From IMG/VR virus record IMGVR_UViG_3300031998_000005: 64,000 nucleotides of DNA. One strand, written 5' to 3'. The notes below the pieces were generated by a model. The model was not told the origin of the DNA and made no database searches. It worked only from the letters and a program-made list of their open reading frames with translations. The first letter of the stretch is position 1. Every line of letters begins with the position of its first letter. This document shows, piece by piece, positions 19,728 through 30,114 of the stretch. The translations under genes and the position numbers were made by a program. This stretch comes from a virus (Duplodnaviria; Caudoviricetes).

Positions 19728-19934
19728 ATGAATAACTTACAGCACTACGTTCGCAACGAAAAGAACATTCATAACTTAATCTACACCTTAATGCACGATG
19801 ATTGCGACACTTGTCCTGCTCATTCTTTCTGCCTTGCTGATGGCAGGCGTAAAGAACCCAAGTGGGATGACTGCGGGGATGCTTTTGTTGCTTGGGCATT
19901 AAAGGAACGTAAGGAGAGAAAATCCCGTGGCTAG
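19728..19934 (+). CDS. Cys-rich hypothetical protein
   Basis: CDTCPA...C. Confidence 0.6.
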   Translation: MNNLQHYVRNEKNIHNLIYTLMHDDCDTCPAHSFCLADGRRKEPKWDDCGDAFVAWALKERKERKSRG

Positions 19935-20108
19935 TCTTATCGGTGGAATTATCTTGGCTATAATCAGCCTATCCTGTGTCTTGTATGATGTTTTATACGC
20001 AAGACATCGCTTAACAGAAGGCATACATATTTATGTGTGGATGCTGACCACTGCGGTTTGTTTTGCACTACTCAACGATTATTTTGGATTTATTCCTGGG
20101 AGATAAAT

Positions 20109-20282
20109 ATGAACGGACGAGAACTTTTGAAAAAGTTGGAGAGGGCAATCAACCTTGATGCCGAAGTGTTCATCAACACGACACACGGAGAGTTCCGTAT
20201 CGTGGATGTCCTTACGCACTATCAAAACGAAATCACGATTGAGTGCGTGAACCCTTACACAAATAAGGATTGCGAAAAATGA
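20109..20282 (+). CDS. Hypothetical protein
   Basis: GGAG RBS. Confidence 0.55.
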   Translation: MNGRELLKKLERAINLDAEVFINTTHGEFRIVDVLTHYQNEITIECVNPYTNKDCEK

Positions 20283-20563
20283 ACACGGAACGTATCACAA
20301 TAAGGTGGAAAACCTTTGCCGAAGAAATCCCCAAGGAGAACGAGGCGTTGCTTGTCTGCTCCCCGAAAGGCGACATCAGTGATGCCGAGTATCTTACGTT
20401 CATATCCCAAGACTATCTTGAAAACACCCATAGTTTCTACTACAAGAAATGTAGGTGTATGGTCTGGAAAGACTGCCACGGGGAAATCAAAGTGAACAAA
20501 AAAATCCTTGATTGGAAATGGTGCTACCGCAAAGATGTAGTCGTTGAACAGGTGGAGCAGTAA
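20279..20563 (+). CDS. Hypothetical protein (tandem paralog of next gene)
   Basis: IRWKTFAEEIP...WKWCYRKDV. Confidence 0.7.
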   Translation: MNTERITIRWKTFAEEIPKENEALLVCSPKGDISDAEYLTFISQDYLENTHSFYYKKCRCMVWKDCHGEIKVNKKILDWKWCYRKDVVVEQVEQ

Positions 20564-20564
20564 G

Positions 20565-20810
20565 ATGAATGTAGAACTTGTCAGCATCCCGTGGAAAACC
20601 TTTGAAGAAGAACTCCCCAATACAACTGATTGGATTTGGGTAGTATTCCCAAAAGGAAACTTTCTGCAAGCAAAGCGAACAATCCTTCTCAAGAATTGTT
20701 GGGGTGACGGCTATTCGTTTTACCACGGCATACATCGGTATGTTAAGGCTTGTCTTAAATGGCGGTGGTGCTACGAGAAGGACATTAAATTTAGGGGGCA
20801 ATGTGTGTAA
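20565..20810 (+). CDS. Hypothetical protein (tandem paralog of previous gene)
   Basis: IPWKTFEEELP...WRWCYEKDI. Confidence 0.7.
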   Translation: MNVELVSIPWKTFEEELPNTTDWIWVVFPKGNFLQAKRTILLKNCWGDGYSFYHGIHRYVKACLKWRWCYEKDIKFRGQCV

Positions 20811-20982
20811 GTATTGTGAAAACCTGGATAAGATTGGAGAGGGTCCCGATATTTGTCACGATGATAGTTGGACGGACCGTTTCCACTTATGGAAAGATGA
20901 CCAAGGGAATTACAGGATTGAATGCTATGCCGACCATAGTTCCCCTATTAACTTTTGCCCGATGTGCGGACGTAAATTATAA
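20803..20982 (+). CDS. CxxC...CPMCG zinc-ribbon family member
   Basis: GTG start, CKYC...INFCPMCGRKL. Confidence 0.7.
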   Translation: MCKYCENLDKIGEGPDICHDDSWTDRFHLWKDDQGNYRIECYADHSSPINFCPMCGRKL

Positions 20983-20997
20983 GGAAAGCCTATGTGT
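20959..20997 (+). repeat. 39-bp direct repeat, copy 1 (copy 2 at 45942-45980)
   Basis: CCGATGTGCGGACGTAAATTATAAGGAAAGCCTATGTGT identical in both. Confidence 0.85.
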
Positions 20998-21210
20998 CAG
21001 TATTGCGAATTTAAGGGGTCGGCTACGAACAGGGATGACCGCAAACGGGCAGACCTGTTAGACGGCTCTCACGACAATCTTGAACTTTTCTTGAACCATA
21101 CGATTGACCACGAAGATGAATACTACCTGTGGGTGGTGGATAACCAAACATCGGAAAGTATAGACTCCGTCCAAATCCATTATTGCCCTGTATGCGGGAG
21201 GAAATTATGA
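20992..21210 (+). CDS. CxxC...CPxCG zinc-ribbon family member
   Basis: MCQYC...IHYCPVCGRKL. Confidence 0.75.
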   Translation: MCQYCEFKGSATNRDDRKRADLLDGSHDNLELFLNHTIDHEDEYYLWVVDNQTSESIDSVQIHYCPVCGRKL

Positions 21211-21854
21211 TTACGTTAGATACTCAAAAACTGCTGAAAACCCCCAAGAGCAGAACCGACCTGTTAGCCTTTACAAAGCAGTTCTCAAAATTTCCCAAGA
21301 GTAAAGAACCCTTGGCAAGAAGCCTTATGTTGCTTGCCGTAGGTAAGGCTTGCTACAACTACCTGGGTGGACTGATGAAACCCAACTTTTTCCGTATTTT
21401 CGGAAATGTCTATTACTGCAAGACACAAAAGGGGTTTGTGAATGCAGCCTACGATATGCTTGGAGCAGACCCGTCCTATACCAAGGGGGATGTGAAAAAG
21501 ATGGTGCGGGGCTATCCCGAAAAATACCCTGCCTTGGTATCGTTCACAGACCAAACCTTTGAGGCAGGCAGAATCCTTGTAGAGTGGCTACCGATTGAGA
21601 ACCTGTCGGAATCAGCGTTCAATGTCTTTCCCCCGCCCCCGAAGAAATATCCCGAATTGTGGGAACTTGATGACTTTCTTGAATGGTGCAGATTCGGAAT
21701 GCTGACGGACAACGACGGTTATGGGTATTATAGCAATTCATCGGATAACCACGAACCTTTTAAGGAATTTATAGTTCGCCCGTCCGATGTCATCAAAGAT
21801 AACGTCAAGTATGACTATAAGTATGTCCACTGGTATAAAAAGGAGCAGACCTAA
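21207..21854 (+). CDS. Hypothetical protein
   Basis: GGAGG RBS, ATGA overlap. Confidence 0.7.
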   Translation: MITLDTQKLLKTPKSRTDLLAFTKQFSKFPKSKEPLARSLMLLAVGKACYNYLGGLMKPNFFRIFGNVYYCKTQKGFVNAAYDMLGADPSYTKGDVKKMVRGYPEKYPALVSFTDQTFEAGRILVEWLPIENLSESAFNVFPPPPKKYPELWELDDFLEWCRFGMLTDNDGYGYYSNSSDNHEPFKEFIVRPSDVIKDNVKYDYKYVHWYKKEQT

Positions 21855-21856
21855 TT

Positions 21857-22069
21857 ATGGAAATCCGAATGACTATCCCCAAGGAATTTGAACAACAGTT
21901 TGAATTTGACAAGTTCAAGGATTCCCTATGCCGTATTCGCTTTGACCTGTCGGAATATCTAGCGTCCAAGGGAAGCCACGACCTTATACCTTTGTCGGGT
22001 AATTATGAACAGGAACTTGCGGATGCTCTACCAACAATGTTCGCATCTGCTACAAAAGTAGAGGACTGA
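21857..22069 (+). CDS. Hypothetical protein
   Basis: AGGAG RBS. Confidence 0.65.
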   Translation: MEIRMTIPKEFEQQFEFDKFKDSLCRIRFDLSEYLASKGSHDLIPLSGNYEQELADALPTMFASATKVED

Positions 22070-22076
22070 TAGAGTT

Positions 22077-22472
22077 ATGGAGTTTTCTAAACTAGAAACC
22101 GCTTTCATCGTGTGGGTGCTAATCCTGCTTGTGATTACACTAGGGGTTTGGTTCTACGATTGGGCGAAGACCTGGCGATGGTTGCGTGTCCGCAAGATAC
22201 ACAATCTCCGCAGGGATTTCAAGGATATGCGGACGTATCGTATATGGAAAAGCGAGGGGCTGTTCGGGTCATTTGACGAGAAAAGAAATCCCCTGTATAT
22301 CACAAAGGCGTATAATTACGAACACGCCCTGCAACGCTATTTCAAGAAATACAGGCGGGTGTATAAGGAACGCCACGAGTATGAAGGCAAGCATTTGCAA
22401 CTGACCTCACGGAAATGGGGAACGTATTTGGTGGTGGACGATTGTATCGGGTTCCATCAGTATTACTATTAA
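22077..22472 (+). CDS. Membrane-anchored hypothetical protein
   Basis: N-terminal TM helix. Confidence 0.65.
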   Translation: MEFSKLETAFIVWVLILLVITLGVWFYDWAKTWRWLRVRKIHNLRRDFKDMRTYRIWKSEGLFGSFDEKRNPLYITKAYNYEHALQRYFKKYRRVYKERHEYEGKHLQLTSRKWGTYLVVDDCIGFHQYYY

Positions 22473-22497
22473 AAATCAAAAAAATTGTAAATGGCTA

Positions 22498-22526
22498 TTG
22501 ACAATCACTTGGTATTTTGTTATATT
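22498..22526 (+). promoter_or_regulatory. Class I early promoter
   Basis: TTGACA-17-TATATT plus leader. Confidence 0.85.
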
Positions 22527-22564
22527 TAGGTCAAAGACAACCACTTTGACCGAGGATAACCCTT

Positions 22565-22897
22565 ATGAAACACAATTTCAAGTGCTTTGACAAAATCCAA
22601 ACAACTGCCGATTGGGTCAAGTTCTTTAAGGAATTTAACAGCCTGTCCATAAAGGAACAGGTTGAATTGGGCGATATAGATTGTTGGGTAGAAGTGGCTT
22701 GCAAAGAAACTGAAAAAGCCTGGTGCTTTGACTACACCGCTCTCTATAAGAAAGGCGAATGTGGTAGACGCTTTTACTATGCTCCGAAATCCAAATGCAA
22801 GGTAATCACCAACAACTATTATATCAACAAAGACGGGTCATTCCAAGAAGGCATCCACGTGTTAGTGCCTGCTTGGATTACAGACCAATTTATTTAA
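22565..22897 (+). CDS. Hypothetical protein
   Basis: After promoter, CCGAGG RBS. Confidence 0.7.
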   Translation: MKHNFKCFDKIQTTADWVKFFKEFNSLSIKEQVELGDIDCWVEVACKETEKAWCFDYTALYKKGECGRRFYYAPKSKCKVITNNYYINKDGSFQEGIHVLVPAWITDQFI

Positions 22898-22910
22898 CCA
22901 AGGACAGGTT

Positions 22911-23573
22911 ATGACAAGCAATCTCTTTAACGACTCCGACATTACCAATGTCACCCCCGAAGAACGACAGGCTGTGCAGGAAATCTTGAAATCCGAACGT
23001 GGGGCTATGCTCGCCAAGGAAATCATCTGCACGATGTCCAAGATGGACGATAAAGCCACGCCCTATTTCTTGGGGCTTATCCCGACCATCAGCAAAATAC
23101 AGATGGACACGCTCAACGAACGCATCCACAATATGCAGGGCAGTATGGGCAGTCTTGGCAGACGTTTGACGGCTGATTCCATCAAGTCGGGCAAGGACAA
23201 GGGCACTCCGAAATTCTTGACCAAGAAGTTCCAAGAAGGCACTCAACTTTGTGCTTGGGAAATGCTTGAATACATCCAAGAGTTTACCAATTTCCAAGAA
23301 TACGCCCGTGAGGTCAAATTTGGTAGCCGTAGCGATATGCCCACGGCAAGCAGGATTTGTCAGTGCGATGCACTTATGCGAATGTATCTGCTCCGTTTCT
23401 GCAAGTTCCTTGATGACTTGGAAACACACAGCCGTGATAAACTTGTAAGCGACCAGGTGTTTGAACTCAATCCCCGCCTGTGGGATATTGTGCTGTGGCA
23501 CAAGGAACACCGCAGTGAATGGGACGATATTTCCCCGAAGAAAACCAAGACCCGTTCTCGCAAGGGGAAATAA
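22911..23573 (+). CDS. Hypothetical protein
   Basis: 220 aa ORF, AAGGA RBS. Confidence 0.75.
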   Translation: MTSNLFNDSDITNVTPEERQAVQEILKSERGAMLAKEIICTMSKMDDKATPYFLGLIPTISKIQMDTLNERIHNMQGSMGSLGRRLTADSIKSGKDKGTPKFLTKKFQEGTQLCAWEMLEYIQEFTNFQEYAREVKFGSRSDMPTASRICQCDALMRMYLLRFCKFLDDLETHSRDKLVSDQVFELNPRLWDIVLWHKEHRSEWDDISPKKTKTRSRKGK

Positions 23574-23575
23574 CT

Positions 23576-24175
23576 ATGACAGGCATTATCTTTATGGTCG
23601 TGGCGTGGCTCTTTGTCCTTGTGGCGGAGGTCTGCAAGAGCAACGCATTTTACAGGGCAACGTCCATCTTTCGTGTCCTTGGTATGCTGTATGCTGTGGC
23701 GTTCATCGTGTATGGTTTCGTGAACCCTGCGGACTTTCAAGCAACCTTTGGGCAATACCCCCATTGGCTTATGAGCGTGTTCGGTCTTGCAGGCGGGTAT
23801 AACGCAGGGCTGTTCGTGCTAGAACTCTACCGCCCCCGTAAGTATTATGCGAACTACTTGGACGTTCCCCGACAGGTTCTTTACAAGGTCGGCAAGTATG
23901 GTAAATGCCAAGTCCTGTCCGAGCGTGAAGCCAAGAAAGCCCACGAAAACGGAGAAACAGTTTACATACACGCTATGGCTCGTGTGACCTACAAGCCCAA
24001 GGATGCCAAAGAAAAGGTGGACATCGCCAAGGGCAAGGACACAGAAATGTTCGCCATCCGTGATGCCAAGGGCAACATCATTGACATCAAGAAGGGCAAG
24101 AACTATACCCAGGAAGAAATAAAGGAACTCGTAAAGTTTATGCACGAACACACAAAAATGGAGAACCCGAAATGA
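23576..24175 (+). CDS. Multi-pass membrane hypothetical protein
   Basis: Three hydrophobic segments at N-terminus. Confidence 0.7.
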   Translation: MTGIIFMVVAWLFVLVAEVCKSNAFYRATSIFRVLGMLYAVAFIVYGFVNPADFQATFGQYPHWLMSVFGLAGGYNAGLFVLELYRPRKYYANYLDVPRQVLYKVGKYGKCQVLSEREAKKAHENGETVYIHAMARVTYKPKDAKEKVDIAKGKDTEMFAIRDAKGNIIDIKKGKNYTQEEIKELVKFMHEHTKMENPK

Positions 24176-24444
24176 CCGAGCAACACGTAGTAGGGGCTAT
24201 CATCAAAGTCCGAACCTGTAAGGAAAAAGGCGAGAAACGTGAAATAAGGTCTAGCGATGACCCTATCAAGTTTGTCGGCAGCCCGACCGAGGCTGATACA
24301 TTCATCAAGGAAAGACAGGAGTCGTATTGGTGGGACAAGGATGTTCACTACGAATGCGAACCTTGGACGATGGCTCGGTTCGCTGAATACGTGCGACAGC
24401 AGTTTGAAAACATAAACGAAAGATTTGACAGTCACAGGCTTTAA
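24172..24444 (+). CDS. Hypothetical protein
   Basis: ATGA overlap, GGAG RBS. Confidence 0.65.
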   Translation: MTEQHVVGAIIKVRTCKEKGEKREIRSSDDPIKFVGSPTEADTFIKERQESYWWDKDVHYECEPWTMARFAEYVRQQFENINERFDSHRL

Positions 24445-24454
24445 CGGAGAACCT

Positions 24455-25288
24455 ATGTTCACGATATACATATACACAGGTCTTATGATTATATCCGCAG
24501 TGATAGCGGTAATCCTGTCAGTCCACAACAAGCATTGGCTATCGGGCTGTTTTTCTGCATTCACGTTCGGGCTTGCAGCAAGTATCGTAATACCGATTTG
24601 GAACGAACCCTATACCACAGGCTATGTGATGGCGGGAATGTTCTTTCTCTATCACGGGATAACCGAACTGAAAGAATCCATCAAGCCCAAGGCGACCACC
24701 TATAAAGAAAAAAAGGATGTTCCTGCGGGGATGCTATTTACCAAGAACCCCGATGGCACATATACGACTATTGACGAGCGGTCAATTAGGTCAGTGCTAT
24801 CCAAAGGAAAGGAGGTCTACGAAAATACGGGTATTTGCGGGGCTACCCGATACTTCTGTTCGGATGTTTCTATAAACAGGAAAACGGCTAACTCTATCTG
24901 CAATATGTTCCGTAGTCCTAGTTATACCCACGGATATGACCCTAGCACCCCGCTAGGTGAAATTGCCAGGTGTGCCTACGCTAATTATCACAGTAGGGGA
25001 CAAAAATATCCCGAATGGCACGATATAGAAAAGGAACTGCCACAAACAAAAGACCTTACACAACGCCAAGAAATTATCGTGCAGGACACAGAAGGCTTTT
25101 ACTACATCTGTGACCCGACAAATGAACTAAAAAACAAGAACGGCACCGTTAGGTGGTTCAACGGGGATGTATTTGTCACCCCCCGATATTGGTTGCCGAT
25201 ACCCGTAGTAGATACATCTATGAACGTAGTTCGTCAGCCGTCTATTGAACTTGACCCGATAACAAGAAACAGAAGACTCTGGAGATAA
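24455..25288 (+). CDS. Membrane protein with C-terminal DUF551-like segment
   Basis: 3 TM; WHDIEKELP...YWLPIP. Confidence 0.65.
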   Translation: MFTIYIYTGLMIISAVIAVILSVHNKHWLSGCFSAFTFGLAASIVIPIWNEPYTTGYVMAGMFFLYHGITELKESIKPKATTYKEKKDVPAGMLFTKNPDGTYTTIDERSIRSVLSKGKEVYENTGICGATRYFCSDVSINRKTANSICNMFRSPSYTHGYDPSTPLGEIARCAYANYHSRGQKYPEWHDIEKELPQTKDLTQRQEIIVQDTEGFYYICDPTNELKNKNGTVRWFNGDVFVTPRYWLPIPVVDTSMNVVRQPSIELDPITRNRRLWR

Positions 25289-25476
25289 CAAATGAAAAAG
25301 AAGATTGAGATTGACTTGGAAGAACAGGAACTTTCCACTTCCCAGGAACTTGGCTTGAATAGCGTCCTTACATCTGCGATTGAAGCCCTAACGACCAAGT
25401 GCCTACTACACCCGAAAAAGGTGCTTGTGGACGGGAACCTTGCTTGGGTAAAAGAAAAATAAATTTGCAACGGCTA

Positions 25477-25505
25477 TTGACAACCCGTAGGTATTTTGTT
25501 ATATT
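25477..25505 (+). promoter_or_regulatory. Class I early promoter
   Basis: TTGACA-17-TATATT plus leader. Confidence 0.85.
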
Positions 25506-25539
25506 TATAGCAAACAACCACAATTAACCGAGGACGATT

Positions 25540-25824
25540 ATGCCTACAATTCAAAGAGCGTTCAAGTCATTTGCAAAGGGCTTGGCAGACGAACTGAAAT
25601 CCAATAAGATTACTCTTAAACAAGCCTCCGACCGCTTGAAGGGCTTTGGCTACAAGGTCACTGACAGCGGGTGCTTCTACCGCACCTTTACTATGTGCGG
25701 TTCTAGCAGTCGCTTCTATATCCATCTTTGGGGGTCGCTCCAATCCGAAAAGACTTGGACGCTGAAATTTGAAGGCATCGCCTGGGGCGACAAATACACC
25801 GAGTATGACCGAGTGGAGGTTTAA
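25540..25824 (+). CDS. Hypothetical protein (paralog of 13035 C-half)
   Basis: After promoter, CCGAGG RBS. Confidence 0.7.
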   Translation: MPTIQRAFKSFAKGLADELKSNKITLKQASDRLKGFGYKVTDSGCFYRTFTMCGSSSRFYIHLWGSLQSEKTWTLKFEGIAWGDKYTEYDRVEV

Positions 25825-25827
25825 TCT

Positions 25828-26544
25828 ATGGGTAGTAGCACCTATTGGTATCGTGTGAATGCCGAAGGCTTTAAGCAGTATGTAAAGGTTGAAGACAAGT
25901 TTGATAAACTTGAACAGAAACTTTACGACAAATATCAATCTGTATTTGACGCTGATAATGAGCGGTTTAATCGGGAATGGAACGAAGTATGCGATGGCAA
26001 GCGTCCTGCCAAATCCGTAAAGGATGTAATCCCCATCTATAAGGTCGTATCGCCTGCCGAATTTGACAAGTGGTTCGCACTGATGCAGAAAGTCAATTCC
26101 CTTAAAGGCTTCGCCAACTTGGAAAAGTTGCCGTATCTGTATTTCGGCAGTTCTACAACCAAGGTCATCGCCCAATGGATTCTCAACCGTCGCAGGAAAA
26201 TGCTCGTCAAGTCCGACAAGCGGGATGGCTATAAGTTGCGTCCGAAGAACGAAGAATGGCGATTCGTCCTTACCCGTGCAGACCTCAAGGATTTAATTAA
26301 GCGATTGGAAAGTGTCTGCGGGGATAATCGTGTGGACGTTCATAAGGCATTCCCGATTTACAAGGACATCTTGTATGGGGATATTCGTAGCAATCCCTTG
26401 TATAAGTTGAACGAACAGAACAACATTCGTTATTTTACCCCGACTATCCTGGAAAGACTGAAATTTACCATCAAAGAGTTATATAACGATTTAGTAAGTC
26501 CTACCTATGCGGAAAACCCGCTGATGATAGACATTTTACCATAA
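25828..26544 (+). CDS. Hypothetical protein
   Basis: GGAGG RBS, 238 aa. Confidence 0.75.
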   Translation: MGSSTYWYRVNAEGFKQYVKVEDKFDKLEQKLYDKYQSVFDADNERFNREWNEVCDGKRPAKSVKDVIPIYKVVSPAEFDKWFALMQKVNSLKGFANLEKLPYLYFGSSTTKVIAQWILNRRRKMLVKSDKRDGYKLRPKNEEWRFVLTRADLKDLIKRLESVCGDNRVDVHKAFPIYKDILYGDIRSNPLYKLNEQNNIRYFTPTILERLKFTIKELYNDLVSPTYAENPLMIDILP

Positions 26545-26556
26545 AGGAGGTTATCT

Positions 26557-26934
26557 ATGGGAGTAGATTTTAAGTGGAGCGGTAGTGCATCCTGCCCCCG
26601 CTATTATGAAGAAGTGGAAGCCATTGCAACCAAGTGTTTCGGGGCTACGCTCAATCCGCAGTTCGTGGAAGACGAGAAGAAGGTAGAAAAGAGCCTTATC
26701 AACCCGACCTATATGTTCGGAACGGTCCACGAACGCAACGACAAGTTCATCTTTCCCGATGGAACGCCCGAAGTCATCGTGGAGTTCTGCCGAAAGCCTA
26801 CGATGAAGTTCTATGACGCAGGCAAGATGTGGGTAGCATTCCAACAGCACCCCGAAATTGAAGAAATCTCTAACCAAATCTGGGAAGAGGTTAAACTCTG
26901 TGCTAAATATGGGAGTGATTATCACGTATGTTAA
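26557..26934 (+). CDS. Hypothetical protein
   Basis: AGGAGG RBS. Confidence 0.75.
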   Translation: MGVDFKWSGSASCPRYYEEVEAIATKCFGATLNPQFVEDEKKVEKSLINPTYMFGTVHERNDKFIFPDGTPEVIVEFCRKPTMKFYDAGKMWVAFQQHPEIEEISNQIWEEVKLCAKYGSDYHVC

Positions 26935-27128
26935 AGGTTGGCGACAGGATTAGGATTTTGGGGTTCGTCACGGACTCCGATGGCACACTGCCGATTTCCG
27001 AGAAGAACCTTATCGGCAAGGAAGGTGTCGTGACCCACATTGACGATTTGGGTCATATCAAGGGAACGTGGGGGTCTTTGCGACTGCTCCCCGAAGACTC
27101 TTACGAGATTGTGGAGAAAGCCCCGTGA
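26928..27128 (+). CDS. DUF4314-like small SH3-fold protein
   Basis: GDRIRI...G.V..IDD.G.I...WGSL.L.PEDSYE. Confidence 0.6.
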   Translation: MLKVGDRIRILGFVTDSDGTLPISEKNLIGKEGVVTHIDDLGHIKGTWGSLRLLPEDSYEIVEKAP

Positions 27129-27322
27129 AAATCTACAATGTGTTTGACCAATCGGGGATGGGCTGTCATAGGTATCTCGCATCCTGCAAGACCAGGCAAT
27201 CGGCTGAAAAGCGTATTGCCGAGATATGCAAGCAATATCCCGACGTTTATAAAAAATCCTACTTGAAGATACGGGTCGGGAAACTTTGGGAATAAAAAAA
27301 TTAAAAAAATTAAAAATTTCTA

Positions 27323-27351
27323 TTGACAGGTAGATGGTATTTTGTTATATT
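27323..27351 (+). promoter_or_regulatory. Class I early promoter
   Basis: TTGACA-17-TATATT plus leader. Confidence 0.85.
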
Positions 27352-27394
27352 TAGGGTATCAAAGGACAACCACCCTTAACCGAGGATAACCCCT

Positions 27395-28219
27395 ATGAGA
27401 AGCACCGAAACCATCAAGCGTGACATCGCCCGTGCGGAAGCCCGCATTACCAAGAACACCGAGAGCATCGCAAGGCTCACGGCTAGAAACGAAAAGTATT
27501 ACAAGAAACTTGAAGAATTTGGATATACTTTCAAAGGCGATGGCACTGATTGTCAAACCTGTCCTAGATTGGCTTATGACACGTGCTACAATCTTGAATA
27601 CAACCTGGAAAGCATCGCCAACAAGAAAAGGTGCGTTGCCGAAGACAAGGAAAAGTTGAACAACCTTAATGGCGAATTGGAAAGGCTCACGGACAAGTTG
27701 AACGCCATCCCGCAGGCAATCAAGGATTACGAAGTGGAACTCCGTAATTCGCTACTCTATGACTCCAAAGAACGCAGGGCGTGGGCACTGAATAAACTCC
27801 GTGAACTTAAAGAATCGGGCAAGATGGTTTCCTACACTGACATTTTCCGTGCCCGTAGGGAATATGAACAGGACCGTATGTCCTCCGAGAAACTTGACAC
27901 TTTGAGAAAACTCCAAGCACAGCACGAGTTCCAAGAAAAGTGCAGTGTTATTGCCTACAAGACTGATGAAGAATTGGAAAAGGAAGCCCAAAGAGACGCA
28001 TACTCCCTTATTATGGACCTTGCCCATCGTGTAGAACGCTGTGTTGGCAAAGCCACTGATTGTTCGGGTCTTTTCCTTGAAACAGGAACGGAGGGCTACA
28101 CAGTGCTTAACGGCATTGTGGTTGGTGAAAAGGGTCGCTGTGAAATCGTTTCCAAAGGCGTGGCAGGCTACAACATCGTGCGTTGGCACATCCGTGTGAA
28201 CGTGTGGAAACTCGCATAA
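27395..28219 (+). CDS. Coiled-coil hypothetical protein
   Basis: After promoter; C-terminal NG.V.GEKG...I...GYNI.R.H.R. Confidence 0.75.
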   Translation: MRSTETIKRDIARAEARITKNTESIARLTARNEKYYKKLEEFGYTFKGDGTDCQTCPRLAYDTCYNLEYNLESIANKKRCVAEDKEKLNNLNGELERLTDKLNAIPQAIKDYEVELRNSLLYDSKERRAWALNKLRELKESGKMVSYTDIFRARREYEQDRMSSEKLDTLRKLQAQHEFQEKCSVIAYKTDEELEKEAQRDAYSLIMDLAHRVERCVGKATDCSGLFLETGTEGYTVLNGIVVGEKGRCEIVSKGVAGYNIVRWHIRVNVWKLA

Positions 28220-28230
28220 GGATTTTGACT

Positions 28231-28845
28231 ATGAAGATGGATGCTCACGCTCTTAAAGTTCTGCGGGATTTGCAGTATCGCATTAAGGTTTCCGATGAAA
28301 GCGACCCCGAACGTGCCAACGCCATCCGTGTGCGGGATAGACTTCTCGCCAAGTATGGCGTGTCCTTGGAAGATATTGCCGACGTTCCCAAAAAGTATAA
28401 GTTCGGGTATTACAACAGGGATGAGGTCGGGCTTATTGTTCAATATATGAAAGAACGCCTGCACCTTAAAACCGAAGAATTTGACCTGTATGCCTACCGC
28501 CCCAAGCGTGGTCAGTGCTATTGGGTGGAAACCTGGATGGACGAAGCGTCCTATTCCTGCAACAGCCGTATCATTGACGAACTGATTTATATGTATCGCA
28601 ACAGACGCAGGGCTTACGAGCGTAAACTTAAAGCCCAACTGAAAAAGCAGATGGAAGCGTGGCGATATGTGTTCTTGCAGGAAGCCGACCTGTTGAGCGA
28701 ACCGACCGAAGAAGACTTGAAGAAAAAGCGAAAGCCCTCGTGGGATTTATCGGATGCTCTCAAGGCTGCGATGGATTTGGACAATATCATCTTTCCACAG
28801 AACTTTGTGGAACAGAAACAAAAGGAACTTTCCTGTGAGGGCTAA
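28231..28845 (+). CDS. Hypothetical protein
   Basis: AAGGA RBS. Confidence 0.7.
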   Translation: MKMDAHALKVLRDLQYRIKVSDESDPERANAIRVRDRLLAKYGVSLEDIADVPKKYKFGYYNRDEVGLIVQYMKERLHLKTEEFDLYAYRPKRGQCYWVETWMDEASYSCNSRIIDELIYMYRNRRRAYERKLKAQLKKQMEAWRYVFLQEADLLSEPTEEDLKKKRKPSWDLSDALKAAMDLDNIIFPQNFVEQKQKELSCEG

Positions 28846-28848
28846 CCT

Positions 28849-29310
28849 ATGTATGGAAATTATTACGACATCAACATTGAACAGCGGGAACGACCGCTCA
28901 CAAAAGAGTTCTGCAAGGATATGCGGACTCTTGTCCGTGTAGCCAAGGCAACGAAAATCCGTTGTGCGTTCACGCACGATGAAAAGACGTTCGTCTTGAA
29001 ATTCACGGGTGGCGATGAAGAACCGCTTGACTTTGATTGGAACTGCTACAGCAGTCTTGGTTTCACTGATTGCGGTGGTCTGCGGACACACCCAGGCGAC
29101 AACAACTTTGACTCTGTGGTCAAGGTCGGTCTTATGATTTGCTTAAAGCACGGGGTCATTGACAGGTGGTCCACCGACGGTAGCGAACAGGGCGAAGAAT
29201 GGTTGCTTGCAAAAAACATCGCCCACGAAATCGGACTTGATACCGAACTTTATCGCCCTGTGACTGAAATGGGTAAAAACGGCTTTATGTGGGATTTGTC
29301 CAATGACTAA
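28849..29310 (+). CDS. Hypothetical protein
   Basis: GAGG RBS. Confidence 0.7.
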   Translation: MYGNYYDINIEQRERPLTKEFCKDMRTLVRVAKATKIRCAFTHDEKTFVLKFTGGDEEPLDFDWNCYSSLGFTDCGGLRTHPGDNNFDSVVKVGLMICLKHGVIDRWSTDGSEQGEEWLLAKNIAHEIGLDTELYRPVTEMGKNGFMWDLSND

Positions 29311-29659
29311 TGAAATCAAACTCAAACCGATATTCCTTGCGGATTCCCTTACGGAGAAATCCGCTTTTGCCGATGTTCAAAAAGCCGTGGAGCAGTTAAA
29401 ATCCTGCATACAGGGTTGGCACGAGCAGGATAAGGAAAACATTGCCCACGATGAATGGGTGGTAAAGGATTGGAATTTTGTCCATTACGCCCTTATTATG
29501 AAAGATGGCTCTTGGCGAATTGCAAACGCATTCCTAGACGATGACCCCGAACAAGGACGGGATTATTGCTTGCGATTCCAAGACACCGATAACTATGTGG
29601 ACACGAACCAAATCAAGATGTGGTGCAGGCTTCCGAGCAACGACCCCGCATTCATTTAA
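29303..29659 (+). CDS. Hypothetical protein
   Basis: Overlap packing. Confidence 0.65.
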   Translation: MTNEIKLKPIFLADSLTEKSAFADVQKAVEQLKSCIQGWHEQDKENIAHDEWVVKDWNFVHYALIMKDGSWRIANAFLDDDPEQGRDYCLRFQDTDNYVDTNQIKMWCRLPSNDPAFI

Positions 29660-29673
29660 GGAGATACTGCCGT

Positions 29674-30114
29674 ATGCCCGTAAAGACAATAGCGATGAAC
29701 AAACTCAAAGGACATAAACGCACCTTTTATATGGACGAACACGGGTGCTACCGCCACGAATATGTAGATTTCTACCCTGCCGATATTGTTGAGAAAATCA
29801 TCACTGATTTGTCCAACCAAGTTCTTGAAGAACGCAAGAAATGGACATCCGTGTTTGATAGTTCCCGTAGCAAGCGGGGCACTCTCCGTAAGCAACGGCA
29901 CGATGCCATCGCAGCCCTGCACAGGCTACAAATGGCTTATGCCCACAACCAATATGCCTACTACGCTATGGAAGTGGAATTGTGTAAGCACGATGGCACA
30001 GACCCTGCAAAGGCGATGGCAAATCTGCGATATTGGACAAGGGCAAGGAACAGCCTTGCCTACCGAGAAATCAAGGAACAGAAAGGAACTAGAAAAGATG
30101 TTACGAATCCGTGA
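29674..30114 (+). CDS. Hypothetical protein (Y...(E/D)-helix family)
   Basis: AAGGAG RBS. Confidence 0.65.
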   Translation: MPVKTIAMNKLKGHKRTFYMDEHGCYRHEYVDFYPADIVEKIITDLSNQVLEERKKWTSVFDSSRSKRGTLRKQRHDAIAALHRLQMAYAHNQYAYYAMEVELCKHDGTDPAKAMANLRYWTRARNSLAYREIKEQKGTRKDVTNP